From Candidatus Latescibacterota bacterium (GTDB lineage Bacteria > Latescibacterota > UBA2968 > UBA8231): DNA of 64,000 nucleotides. The notes below the pieces were generated by a model that saw only the letters and a program-made list of their open reading frames with translations, ran no database searches and was not told the origin of the DNA. The first letter of the stretch is position 1, and every line of letters starts with the position of its first letter. Positions 1-9,330 of the stretch are shown piece after piece. Location: positions 3,424,001 through 3,488,000 of the forward strand of contig OZ253462.1 in assembly GCA_965261395.1 (NCBI GenBank). The letters run 5' to 3'. Made by a program: the position numbers and the translations under genes.

Positions 1-126
1 GCACTCTTTCAGCGGACTCGTCCTTTCTTTTTGGGTCTCATCGCCGGACAGTTTAGCTGTGCGGGGATATGGCTGCTCATAGACTATTTCACCGGCATGA
101 CGGACAACAACATCTACTGGGTTTGA
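1..126 (+). CDS. 3' end of DUF6785-like polytopic membrane protein (partial, runs off window start)
   Basis: Frame 1 reads ALFQRTRPFFLGLIAGQFSCAGIWLLIDYFTGMTDNNIYWV*, closely matching the C-terminus of 18470..20410 (LRPFFLGMVLGGFGSAGFWLIIDYFTGMTGN). Confidence 0.8.
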   Translation, partial: ALFQRTRPFFLGLIAGQFSCAGIWLLIDYFTGMTDNNIYWV

Positions 127-159
127 GCCATAGCAACCGATTGATTGCTTATAAAACCG

Positions 160-1265
160 CTTGAATTCAACTTGTAAGTGCAATCGCTTGGGTAGCTGGC
201 ATAGAAAAGGCCAACTGGTATATTTTCCCTGGCCATTTCAAACGCAGCTCCCGACGGAGGCGCTTATGGGAACGTATCACCAGTTGACCGAGCATCAAAG
301 ATACCAAATTTACGCCCTGAAGAAAGCCGGGCATGATCAGCAGTCCATCGCGGCGACGGTGGCGGTATCGCCCTCGACGATTTGTCGGGAGTTGCGGCGC
401 AATCAAGGGCAACGCGGCTATCGTCCCGGCCAAGCCCATCACAAAGCGTTGGCGCGTCGTCGCCACAAGGCGAAGGCGACCAAGATGACGGCGGCGGTCA
501 TCGAGCGCATCGAAGCGGGCCTGGGTCAGCAGTGGAGTCCAGAGCAGATTGCGGGTCGGCTGGCGACGACCGACGGGTTTCGATTGAGTCCGCAGCGTAT
601 CTACCAGCACATCCAGGCGGATCGCCAGGCGGGCGGGATGTTGTATCGCCATCTGCGCCACAGTCAGAAGAAACGCAAGAAACGTTATGGAAAAGCCGAT
701 GCCCGAGGGCAGATTAAAGGCCGCATCAGCATGGACCAGCGACCGGCCATCGTGGAGGAAAAAAGTCGCATCGGCGATTGGGAAATCGACTTGGTGATGG
801 GACGTGCACGCACCGGGGCGCTCGTCTCGGTGGTGGAACGTCGCTCGCGCTATACCGTGCTGGGCAAAGTCCCCTCCAAACAGGCCGAGCACGTAGCGGC
901 GGCCACCATTGCGTTGCTCGCTGCCCATAAGGGGCATACCCAGACGATTACGGCCGATAACGGCAAGGAGTTTGCCCACCATGCCACGATCAGCCAAGCG
1001 TTGGACGCGGCTGTGTATTTTGCCCATCCCTACCATGCCTGGGAGCGCGGACTCAACGAGAACACCAACGGGCTGATTCGCCAGTATGTGCCCAAAGGGA
1101 CGGCCTTGGATACGCTGTCCCAGGCGCAGGTACACCACATCATGGAGCGGCTCAATCATCGACCGCGAAAGGGCTTGGCATTTCAAACGCCGCATGAAAT
1201 CTTATGCAAGGAAACAGAAGTTCAACCCAAACATGGCGAAATTGCGCTTACGAGTTGAATCCGCG
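160..1265 (+). mobile_element. IS30-family insertion sequence
   Basis: Imperfect terminal inverted repeats: attcaacttgtaagtgcaat (165-184) vs attgcgcttacgagttgaat (1241-1260), 18/20 match; encloses an IS30 transposase; no TSD recognisable. Confidence 0.9.
266..1258 (+). CDS. IS30-family DDE transposase
   Basis: N-terminal HTH (YHQLTEHQRYQI...STICRELRRN), WSPEQIAG, and DDE motifs GDWEIDLV / TITADNGKEF / WERGLNENTNGLIRQY. Confidence 0.95.
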   Translation: MGTYHQLTEHQRYQIYALKKAGHDQQSIAATVAVSPSTICRELRRNQGQRGYRPGQAHHKALARRRHKAKATKMTAAVIERIEAGLGQQWSPEQIAGRLATTDGFRLSPQRIYQHIQADRQAGGMLYRHLRHSQKKRKKRYGKADARGQIKGRISMDQRPAIVEEKSRIGDWEIDLVMGRARTGALVSVVERRSRYTVLGKVPSKQAEHVAAATIALLAAHKGHTQTITADNGKEFAHHATISQALDAAVYFAHPYHAWERGLNENTNGLIRQYVPKGTALDTLSQAQVHHIMERLNHRPRKGLAFQTPHEILCKETEVQPKHGEIALTS

Positions 1266-1518
1266 AAATACACTACGAGGGACAGACGGAGTTTGTCGCC
1301 ACAGACCAGCAGCGCAAGCCCGTACGGCTGTTCGTCGCTTGTCCGGCGGGCCTAGAAGCTGGGGCCGATGTGCGCGTTTCGATCAGCGCGTTCCATTCCT
1401 TTTCCCGCAAGTGGACGCTTGCAGATCCTTTTGTCGAAGGGGGCGAGGGCGTGGTGGTGATCGGGCATAGGTTGGCGCGCGACTGGACCGATATGACGCG
1501 GGGCGGCGACGGTCCGGC
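1265..1518 (+). repeat. Truncated duplicate of the 5' part of the 2195..4012 gene (254-bp direct repeat of 2210..2463)
   Basis: Direct alignment shows 9 substitutions in 254 bp; no start codon (abuts IS30), followed by a 23-bp deletion and loss of similarity. Confidence 0.9.
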
Positions 1519-1647
1519 CGATTAACGACTAGCTCTCACATTTCTACCGTGGGCTTGAGGTTATGCAAGCCGATAGTTCGGTCGCATGATCGGGGAAACC
1601 TTGCCCTCGACAACTATTTTAGGACATATTAACTGGATACCGACTCA

Positions 1648-1944
1648 ATGAACTTTCATTTTGAGTGGGATGCCAATAAGGCAACTGCTAACGCGACAAA
1701 GCACAATGTGAGCTTTGAAGAAGCAGCCGCCGTGTTTCGCGATCCAGTTGCTGCTATTTTCGATGATGAAGCTCATTCAAATGAAGAACGCAGAGAGCTC
1801 ATCATTGGACACTCTGATAGGAACCACTTGCTTTTAGTATGCTTCTCTGAGCATGACGATGCCATCCGCATTATCAGTGCTCGTCAAGCAACAAGGAGGG
1901 AACGTAGAGATTATGAAGAATACCAAATCCAGCGCCGCGGATGA
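1648..1944 (+). CDS. brnT: BrnT-family ribonuclease toxin (type II TA)
   Basis: FEWDxxKAxxNxxKHxVSFEEAxxVF...EER...IG...IRIISARQATRRERRDYE signature. Confidence 0.9.
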   Translation: MNFHFEWDANKATANATKHNVSFEEAAAVFRDPVAAIFDDEAHSNEERRELIIGHSDRNHLLLVCFSEHDDAIRIISARQATRRERRDYEEYQIQRRG

Positions 1945-2137
1945 GATGCGAGATGAATACCAGTTCGACTACGGTAAGGCGAAGCCTAATCGTTTTGCAG
2001 ACAAAATTGGACGAGATCAATTGATGGTCGTTCTCGATCAAGATGTCGCGGCGGTATTCAAGACTCCTGAATCCGTTAACCAAGTACTGCGGGCGATTAT
2101 CACTTCAATGACAATCGCGGAAAAAGGCGATCTCTGA
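1913..2137 (+). CDS. BrnA-like antitoxin
   Basis: Overlaps the brnT 3' end; DEMRDEYQFDYGKAKPNRFA...VVLDQDVAAVFKTPESVNQVLR is typical of BrnT partners. Confidence 0.8.
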   Translation: MKNTKSSAADEMRDEYQFDYGKAKPNRFADKIGRDQLMVVLDQDVAAVFKTPESVNQVLRAIITSMTIAEKGDL

Positions 2138-2194
2138 GTCCAAAGCGCCGGTCACTCCGGCGACCTCGGACAATACCACTGGCGGAGTTGCACT

Positions 2195-4012
2195 ATGTAC
2201 GAGCAATTAGAAATACACTACGAGGGACAGACGGAATTCGTCGCCACGGACCAGCAGCGCAAGTCCTTGCGGCTGTTCGTCGCTTGTCCGGCGGGCCTAG
2301 AAGCTGGGGCCGATGTGCGCGTTTCGATCAGCGCGTTCCATTCCTTTTCTCGCAAGTGGACGCTTGCAGATCCTTTTGTCGAAGGGGGTGAGGGCGTGGT
2401 GGTGATCGGGCATAAGTTGGCGCGCGACTGGACCGATATGACGCGGGGCGGCGACGGTCCGGCTGGCGGTGGATTGGTGGGGCGGCCGATCAACGAGCTC
2501 TACTTGTGTACCATTCAGGTCACCAAGGCGCTAAGCGCGGGAGCGCGGCTGGTCTTTCCCTTTGGGGTGGTGCCGTCGCCACATGCGGATATAAGAGGTG
2601 ATTTGCAAGTGCGGGTGCGGCGACCCGAAGCTGAAGTTTTCGAGAAGGTGGGCGACCCGATTCCGCTGTGCAACACTCCTGGCCCTCTGACGCGGATAGA
2701 AGGGCGCGTCTCTGTGGCAGCGGATGCGGAGGGAAGGCGTAGGGTCGTAGTTTTCGCGACGGACGATCATCTCAATCCGATAGCCTCCTACCGGGGGACG
2801 GTGGCTGTGCAGGCCGACGGCGCGGTCGCCGGGTTGTCCGATGAGGTAGAAATTGGTGCCGATGGGCGGGGTGTGGTCGAGGGGGTTGAGGTGCAGGGCG
2901 ATGGTCCGGTCCGCATTGCAGTGCGCGATGTCGGACGCGGTTTAGAAGCGCAGAGCGGTCCGGCGCAGGCGGTTGGCGAGCGCGGCCACTACTTCGGCGG
3001 CATCCACTTCCACACGCGGCTTTCGGTGGATGGCGACCGGGAGCCACGCGCGGCCTACGCCTATGCTCGCGACTTTCTCAACCTCGACGTGATCGCGATG
3101 ACGGATCACGCGCCGATTGGCCCCGGATGGGCCGAGTGCTTGGCGGTCAATGAGGAATTTTACGAGCCGGGTCGCTTTGTGACGATCCCCGCGTGGGAAA
3201 GCTCCAATGCCTACGGGCATGCCAACCTCTACCTGCGCACGCCGGAAGTCGATGGCGGCACTTGGCACTGGAAACCGGAGCTTTGCCCCTCGGAAGTGGT
3301 TTGGGACAAAGATGTGGTCATGGTGCCGCACCATCCCAACTGCGGACAGCCCATCGAATACGGCAAGCACCGCGAGGTCATGGGTAAGACGTTTTACTGG
3401 TCTCAATACCATTGGGAGTTCCCCAACAAGCGGGCTAGGTTGGTGGAAATCGTCCAAGGGCGGGGCAATTTTGAAGCCGACTCGCTCGACGAGTACTGGG
3501 GTATCCGCCTTGCCGGGTTGGGTGCTGCGGTGCAGGATGCTTTTGCCCAGGGCTGGCGCTTGGGGTTTGTCGCCGGGACCGACAACCACCAAGGGCACCC
3601 GACGCAAAACCCAAGAGGCTACGTGGGGATGACCTGTTTCCGGGCGACGGAATTGACCCGCGAGGCCGTGTGGCAGGCGATGGACGAGCGCTGGACCTAC
3701 GCGACTTCGGGCGTGCCGATTGTCTGCGACTATGCGGTCAATGGCGTGCGCTCGGGCGCGGAGGGCGCGTTGGCGGAAGGAGAAAAGGTGCATTTCTCCG
3801 CTAGTTTGCATGGGACTGCGCCGATTGAGCGGGTGGAGATCATTGCAAACGGGCAGTGCGTCTGGCAGGACGCGCCCAACGCTTGGGACGTGGAGATCGA
3901 CGGGGCCGAGTTGCCAGCGCCGACGGGCGAATGGTCCTATTACTATCTGCGGCTGCGACAACAGGACGGGCACCGGGCGTGGTTGAGTCCAGTGTGGTTG
4001 GATCGGGTATGA
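2195..4012 (+). CDS. PHP-domain metallohydrolase (DUF3604/CehA-McbA-like)
   Basis: GGIHFHTRLSVDG, IAMTDH, GHANLY, PHHP, GFVAGTDNH metal motifs; C-terminal YYYLRLRQxDGHRAWLSPVW. Confidence 0.8.
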   Translation: MYEQLEIHYEGQTEFVATDQQRKSLRLFVACPAGLEAGADVRVSISAFHSFSRKWTLADPFVEGGEGVVVIGHKLARDWTDMTRGGDGPAGGGLVGRPINELYLCTIQVTKALSAGARLVFPFGVVPSPHADIRGDLQVRVRRPEAEVFEKVGDPIPLCNTPGPLTRIEGRVSVAADAEGRRRVVVFATDDHLNPIASYRGTVAVQADGAVAGLSDEVEIGADGRGVVEGVEVQGDGPVRIAVRDVGRGLEAQSGPAQAVGERGHYFGGIHFHTRLSVDGDREPRAAYAYARDFLNLDVIAMTDHAPIGPGWAECLAVNEEFYEPGRFVTIPAWESSNAYGHANLYLRTPEVDGGTWHWKPELCPSEVVWDKDVVMVPHHPNCGQPIEYGKHREVMGKTFYWSQYHWEFPNKRARLVEIVQGRGNFEADSLDEYWGIRLAGLGAAVQDAFAQGWRLGFVAGTDNHQGHPTQNPRGYVGMTCFRATELTREAVWQAMDERWTYATSGVPIVCDYAVNGVRSGAEGALAEGEKVHFSASLHGTAPIERVEIIANGQCVWQDAPNAWDVEIDGAELPAPTGEWSYYYLRLRQQDGHRAWLSPVWLDRV

Positions 4013-4203
4013 ACGGAACGAGACGGGCCGATATAGAGCGTGGAGCGCAGGTGGCCATCGTGCAGAAGCAGGACCAACGCACGGGTCGGCTGACCGAGGG
4101 CGTCGTGCAGGATATTCTGACCAAGTCGGCGACGCATCCGCACGGGATTAAGGTGCGCTTGGCGACCGGCGAAGTTGGCCGGGTCAAGCAGGTGCGCGGT
4201 TAG
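4009..4203 (+). CDS. YwbE-family protein
   Basis: KQDQRTGRLTEGVVQDILTKSATHPHGIKVRLATGEVGRV signature; ATGA overlap with the upstream gene. Confidence 0.9.
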   Translation: MNGTRRADIERGAQVAIVQKQDQRTGRLTEGVVQDILTKSATHPHGIKVRLATGEVGRVKQVRG

Positions 4204-6098
4204 AAGTAGTAGAACGAATAGACCAGCGACGACCCGCCCACGCCGACGCAGGCCCCCATGATAAATCCCAGAAAGAGTGGCCGCACTTTCCTGTATAGAA
4301 TGACCCCTCCGTAGCTAATCAGAATCGACTTAACAAGCCAAGCGAGGAACATCCCAAACCAGTCGCCGCGCACGGTATTGGTCAGGGCCACAGCTAGCCC
4401 CACCGGGTGCAGCGGCCAACCGGCTAGGCGGTGCTGGGCCAAGGAGAGCAGTCCGGCGAGTCCAGCACCGATGCCAGTGAACAGGGTGGTTAGGTGTTGG
4501 GGCGGGTGCGGGTTGTTGACCGTTTTGGCGACCCAGCCCCACTTGCTCAGCGGCGAGTTGATATAGTACCAGCGGAAGCCGTGCATCATGCCGTGCTGAT
4601 AGCCCAGCCATATATAGACCGCGATGGTGGTGACCGTGCTGACGACGAGGGCGGAGGCGAGGAAGAACAGCAGCTTGCGGGCGCTGATCTTTTCTTTCGC
4701 CTCCTCGCAGACCTTGAAGGCGTGGGCCATAGTGCCCATGAAGAATAGTTGCACGTCCGCTGCCCAGACCATGTTAAGTCCCATGGCTGTGAGGCCCTTA
4801 TCGCCGAAATAGGCCGTGCCGAAGATATTGGTAAAAAGCGGCGGGATGGAATGGGGAGCGCGCAGCCGCCCCAAGCCGGTTTGCACCAGCAAGCGCGCAG
4901 TGCCCAAAAAGACCAACAGCGCGACTAGCAGAAAGGCCAAGCTCCAGCCGAGGGAAAAGCCGGTGGCATGGAGGAAGTACGCCATATAGCCCAGCCCGAC
5001 GACTCCCATTAAAGCCGAGGCGCGCGGCGAGGGCAGGTGAGTGTCTGGCCCTCTGGTACCACTGACGATAGTGCGCCACTGGTCTTTGAGGAAGTCGCGC
5101 GACATCCACAGCGACGAGACGATCAGGAAGATGAGCGCCCCCATCTGCTGATGCGACATCAACACCGAGACTTGCTGATGCGGCTGGGCAGGGAGGTTGA
5201 CGGCGACGCCGAAAAAGCCCAACAGGCCGTGTTCGAGATAGACGAGGATGTGAAAGAGCCAGACGCTCAAGAGCACATTGAGGTTGAGCAAGTATCCTAG
5301 GCCGACGACGAGGAAGTTGACGTTGATCCCGTAGGAGATGCCGATGCGGCGCAAAAAGATGCGCGTGGAGGGGATGCCGAAATTGTTAATGGTCTCAAAG
5401 TCGAACACTTGGTCGAGCATGTTGACGGTCGGGATGATCCAGGCGATGAAAAACCCAACCCAGAAGAGCGGGTTCTTAAAGAGGCTTTTGGCCGGGTTTT
5501 CCACGCTCTCGACCATTGCCGTCGGCACTACGGCCAAGGGATAGACTAAGCGCTCGCCGCGGGCCCACTGATGGTGGAGCAGGGCGATGAGCGAGAAGCT
5601 GACCAAAAAGAAGGCGACCATGAAGAGACCCCAGAAAATACTAGGGCCGAGCCAGGCATCCCAAGGTAGCGGCGTACCTTCTGGGGCGCCCTCGAAGAGG
5701 TTGCGGATCATCTCCAAGTCACGCGGGGCAGCCCAGTCGGGGATGTGGTCCCAGAGCAGTTCGCGCCAGTTGTTTTCCGGGGTGGCGTAGTAGAAGACGC
5801 CGGCGAGCAGAGGGATAAAATAGCCGCCAAAACCCATGGTCGGCATGACCGTGGCCACCATCAGCACGGCGTAGATGAGGGCGAAAGTCGAAGTCGGCAA
5901 CCGCAGGAAGGGCCGCAGCAGCGAGAGCAGCAAGGCGGTAAGCGCGACCCAGAACAGGGCGAAGATGACGCCGACGGTATTGAAGTGGTCGGCGTAGCCC
6001 GAGTAGTGGTCGAGCAGTATGTAGCTGCGCACCCCGATGAAGTTGTGGCCGACGCACAGCGCCATGGCCAGCGTCCATTCGAGGACGGGTCGCATCAC
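4200..6098 (-). CDS. DUF6785-like polytopic membrane protein (putative OPT-like transporter)
   Basis: 632 aa with many TM segments; YYATPENNW, QWxxGERLVYPL, WPLHPVG, WLVKxxLxxYGG motifs shared with 18470..20410. Confidence 0.75.
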   Translation of the reverse strand: MMRPVLEWTLAMALCVGHNFIGVRSYILLDHYSGYADHFNTVGVIFALFWVALTALLLSLLRPFLRLPTSTFALIYAVLMVATVMPTMGFGGYFIPLLAGVFYYATPENNWRELLWDHIPDWAAPRDLEMIRNLFEGAPEGTPLPWDAWLGPSIFWGLFMVAFFLVSFSLIALLHHQWARGERLVYPLAVVPTAMVESVENPAKSLFKNPLFWVGFFIAWIIPTVNMLDQVFDFETINNFGIPSTRIFLRRIGISYGINVNFLVVGLGYLLNLNVLLSVWLFHILVYLEHGLLGFFGVAVNLPAQPHQQVSVLMSHQQMGALIFLIVSSLWMSRDFLKDQWRTIVSGTRGPDTHLPSPRASALMGVVGLGYMAYFLHATGFSLGWSLAFLLVALLVFLGTARLLVQTGLGRLRAPHSIPPLFTNIFGTAYFGDKGLTAMGLNMVWAADVQLFFMGTMAHAFKVCEEAKEKISARKLLFFLASALVVSTVTTIAVYIWLGYQHGMMHGFRWYYINSPLSKWGWVAKTVNNPHPPQHLTTLFTGIGAGLAGLLSLAQHRLAGWPLHPVGLAVALTNTVRGDWFGMFLAWLVKSILISYGGVILYRKVRPLFLGFIMGACVGVGGSSLVYSFYYF

Positions 6099-7396
6099 TT
6101 GTTGCCTTTGCGCCCGGCCTCCCAGTCGTCGTCGAGCATTTTGAGCAGCGCGTCGATGTCGCGGTTGCCGGCTTGGATTTCCTGCATGATGCGGGCCAAG
6201 GTGAGGACGAAGCCGGTGGGTGGGTAGTCCTCAATCGAGATGAAGTAGCCGGGCGTCCAGCCCCAGTGGTCGAGGTTGGTGCTCATGCGCTCGAAGAGGC
6301 GCTGGGTCGGCCCCCAGGTACTTTTGGGGCCATCGACGCCTTCGACTTGGGTGGCGTTGAGCAGCATGCCCTCGGCGTTGAGATAGGCCTGATAGACCGC
6401 CGGGTAGTAGTAGGCATTGAGCACGGCGAGGGATTTTTCGTAGTACGCGCCTTGGGCGCTGGATGTCATGGCCCACCCGCGCTGCTGGTTGGAGGTGTTG
6501 ATGAAGAGGGGCTGGTGGCCGGTCATGGAGGGAATGGGCCAGTACTCGATTTCAAAGTTGACCTGTAGCGGTTCGACGTCGCCGCTCATCCAGCAGCCCA
6601 TCATCCAAGTGGCGGCGTGCTCGTTGAAGAAGTCGCGCTGTTCCTCGTTATACCCGTCGCTCAGTGAGCCTTTCTCGACGAAATTATCCAGCAGCGCGAT
6701 CATGTTTGCCATGATGGTGCGCATCAGTGGGTCGGTGGCAAAGGTGGTTTCGTCACGGTCGCGGCGCACGGTCCAGGAAGGCGGGTCGGCTTGGCGGGTC
6801 GGATCGTAGAGGTTGGTCTGGATCGCATAGGAGAGGGGTACCCCAGCCGACCACTCGCGGCCCCCATAGACGAGGGGCTTGTAACCGGCTGCTTTTATTT
6901 GGTGCAAGGCATCGATAAAGGCGTCCCAAGTCTGCGGCGGCTCGGTAATGCCGGCCTCGGCCCAGATGCGCTTGTTGACGGCGATGCCGGTGATCTGGCG
7001 GCCGACTTGGGCTGTGTAGTACTGGCCGTTGTGCAACGGCGGTAAGGTCTGCCCCACCTGGTCGTAGAGCGCGCGGGGAATGGGGAGTAAGTGGTCGCCG
7101 TTGGCCAGGAATTTGGTGTAGTCGAGGGTCATTATCACGTGGGGCAGGTCGCCGGTGGCAATGGCGCGGCGGTAGTACGCGCCAGCGTCTTCGTTGCCCA
7201 AGTCGATCAACTCCAGGGTCCAGCCGGGGTTCTGGCGCTCGAAGGTGGCCTTCCAGATGTCCCAGTGGACCTGGAAGCCGGGTCGGCCACCGATATTGCG
7301 GGTGACGCGCACGACGCGGGCGTCTTCCTCACCGGCGCAGGCTCCGAAAGCGAGGAAGGCGGCAAGGGCAAAGGTTGCGAATTTGGCAAGGGGCAT
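6095..7396 (-). CDS. Sugar ABC transporter substrate-binding lipoprotein
   Basis: Lipobox (FGAC), VNKRIWAEAGITEPPQTWDAFIDAL; downstream of two permeases. Confidence 0.85.
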   Translation of the reverse strand: MPLAKFATFALAAFLAFGACAGEEDARVVRVTRNIGGRPGFQVHWDIWKATFERQNPGWTLELIDLGNEDAGAYYRRAIATGDLPHVIMTLDYTKFLANGDHLLPIPRALYDQVGQTLPPLHNGQYYTAQVGRQITGIAVNKRIWAEAGITEPPQTWDAFIDALHQIKAAGYKPLVYGGREWSAGVPLSYAIQTNLYDPTRQADPPSWTVRRDRDETTFATDPLMRTIMANMIALLDNFVEKGSLSDGYNEEQRDFFNEHAATWMMGCWMSGDVEPLQVNFEIEYWPIPSMTGHQPLFINTSNQQRGWAMTSSAQGAYYEKSLAVLNAYYYPAVYQAYLNAEGMLLNATQVEGVDGPKSTWGPTQRLFERMSTNLDHWGWTPGYFISIEDYPPTGFVLTLARIMQEIQAGNRDIDALLKMLDDDWEAGRKGNK

Positions 7397-7420
7397 GGGT
7401 AGAGTTCCTCAAAGGCGTAT

Positions 7421-7450
7421 CCGCAGATGAACGCAGATGAGCGCCGATAT
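7421..7450. repeat. 3x 10-bp degenerate tandem repeat (ccgcagatga acgcagatga gcgccgatat)
   Basis: Seen directly in the intergenic gap; resembles the 'ccgcagatgaacgcagat' repeats that flank GxxExxY genes in many bacteria. Confidence 0.6.
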
Positions 7451-7464
7451 GGGGCGACGGCCTC

Positions 7465-8283
7465 TCAGCGAATGGAACCAGCGGTCAGGCCTTTGACGAA
7501 GCGGCGCTGCATGGCAAGATAGAGTATAGTGATGGGCAGCGACAAGACCACGACGCCGGCGAAGATGTAGTTCCAGTTCTTGACGTACTTGTCCGAGAGA
7601 AAGCGCCATAGCTGGACAAAGGCCAGTTCGCCCTTGTTGGTGCCCATGAGGATGAATGCGTGGGGAAAGTCGTTCCAGGTAAAGAGGCCCCAAAAGATGA
7701 TGATCGTCACCGTGCAGGGGGTCAAAAGCGGGAAGATCACGCGCCAGAAGGTGCCAAAGGGCGTGCAGCCGTCGATCTGCGCGGCTTCTTCGAGGTCGCG
7801 GGGGATGGAGCGCATGAAGCTGCTGTAGATGAACAGGCACAAGGGCAGGCCGTAGGACACGTAGTGCAGCCAGAGGGCAAAGTACGTGTAGCCGATGCCG
7901 AGGTAATTGAACTGGCGCACAAGCGGCAGCATGAGAATCTGGAACGGCACGGTGATCCCGGCCAAGAAGAAGATGCGCCAGAAGCTGCCCGTGCGCATGC
8001 GGCGGCGCGTGAGCGAGTACGCGGCCATGGAAGAGACGACGATGAGCGTGGCGATGACCGCGGCGCACATCAGGAAGCTGTTGAACATCGGCGCGGCGAG
8101 CTTGATGCCGGTGAAGATGTAGTGGTAGTTTTCGAGGGTCGGTGCTGTGGGCAATGCCACGGGCGAGCGGACGATTTCTGGTAGAGTCTTGAAGGAGTTG
8201 ATCAGTGCCAACAAACAGGGTGACACGTAGAGCAGCCCTAAGAGCAGCATACCGATCTCGAAAAGGGGCAGACGGCGCTTCAC
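7465..8283 (-). CDS. Carbohydrate ABC transporter permease (MalG-type)
   Basis: EAA loop SIPRDLEEAAQIDGC, WNDF motif. Confidence 0.95.
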   Translation of the reverse strand: MKRRLPLFEIGMLLLGLLYVSPCLLALINSFKTLPEIVRSPVALPTAPTLENYHYIFTGIKLAAPMFNSFLMCAAVIATLIVVSSMAAYSLTRRRMRTGSFWRIFFLAGITVPFQILMLPLVRQFNYLGIGYTYFALWLHYVSYGLPLCLFIYSSFMRSIPRDLEEAAQIDGCTPFGTFWRVIFPLLTPCTVTIIIFWGLFTWNDFPHAFILMGTNKGELAFVQLWRFLSDKYVKNWNYIFAGVVVLSLPITILYLAMQRRFVKGLTAGSIR

Positions 8284-9167
8284 AGGTCGGTCTCGCGGCG
8301 CTGGAAGAAGGCGACTTGCAAGGCGGCGACCAAGACCAGGAAGGCGAAGACGACAAAGGCGATGGCCGAAGCATAGCCTTGGCGGTCGTTTTCCGTGCCG
8401 AGCCAGTAGATGTAGTAGCCAGCGGTAAACGTGCGGTAGCCGGGGCCGCCTTGGGTGGTGACCAAGATTTGCGGGAAGAGGTTGATGCCGGTGATTAGGG
8501 CGATGACCGAGTTGGTCTTGATCATCGGCATGAGCACGGGGACTTGGACGCGGTAGAAGGTGGCCAAAGGGCCAGCTCCGTCGATCTGCGCTGCTTCGTA
8601 GAGTTCCTTGGGGATGGTTTGTAGTCCGGCGAGGAAGATGGTGGTATAGAAGCCGAGGCCGTGCCAGAGGACTAAGGCGAGGATGAAGTAGGGCACCAGC
8701 CCCGGGTCGCCCATCCAGTCTTGAGCCAGCGCGTCGAAACCAAAGGCGCGTATCAGGGTGTTTATGGCGCCGGTGCGGTAGTTGGCCAGATATTGGAAGA
8801 GCAGGGCACTGACGAGGATGCTGAGGATAAAGGGATAGAAAAACAGGCCGCGCACTAGGCCGCGCATGACCTTCATGCGGTCTAGGAGTACGGCTAAAAC
8901 CAGCGACAGCGAGGTGTAGCCGACGACGATCATGGCCGTTTCAAAGAGCGTGAAGCGCAAAGCGGTGAAGAAGCGATCGTCGGCGAGCAACTCGCGGAAG
9001 TTGTCCAAGCCGATAAAGCGAGGATCTTTGGTCCAGCCAGACCAGTCGGTTAGGCCGTAGGTAAACCCGAGCAGGGTCGGCAGCACGAAAAAGGCTAGGT
9101 AGAGGAGCGCGGCGGGGCCGCAGAGCAGGGCTGAGGCAGTGGATTTTTCGATGGAAGCTCGTTGCAT
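8280..9167 (-). CDS. Carbohydrate ABC transporter permease (MalF-type)
   Basis: FIGLDNFRELL, LAGLQTIPKELYEAAQIDGA, GGPG; start placed at MQRASIEK because the upstream sequence belongs to the IS. Confidence 0.9.
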   Translation of the reverse strand: MQRASIEKSTASALLCGPAALLYLAFFVLPTLLGFTYGLTDWSGWTKDPRFIGLDNFRELLADDRFFTALRFTLFETAMIVVGYTSLSLVLAVLLDRMKVMRGLVRGLFFYPFILSILVSALLFQYLANYRTGAINTLIRAFGFDALAQDWMGDPGLVPYFILALVLWHGLGFYTTIFLAGLQTIPKELYEAAQIDGAGPLATFYRVQVPVLMPMIKTNSVIALITGINLFPQILVTTQGGPGYRTFTAGYYIYWLGTENDRQGYASAIAFVVFAFLVLVAALQVAFFQRRETDL

Positions 9168-9330
9168 GGCGCAGGGGTAGTGACTACTCCCAAGCCTCAA
9201 GGCTTGGGCTTCGCGGTGGTTCATCCACCTGAGATTGTAGCCCCAATCTCAGAATGTTTCGAGCGGCGTTTTCATCTCGGTCAAGGACAACTCCACAGCA
9301 GGGACAGACATGGACTCGTTCAGACAGAGC
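9160..9330 (-). ncRNA. Predicted omega/reRNA of TnpB (scaffold overlapping the tnpB 3' end plus flanking guide)
   Basis: Inferred from established IS200/IS605 biology; guide would be TACCCCTGCGCCATGCAACG just outside the TCAC end; 5' boundary not determinable. Confidence 0.5.

Noticed and set aside
1265-2463. 254-bp imperfect repeat as a DGR template/variable repeat pair
   Set aside because: Mismatches are not adenine-specific (several C/T and G/T), the repeat lies at a gene 5' end, and there is no reverse transcriptase in the window.
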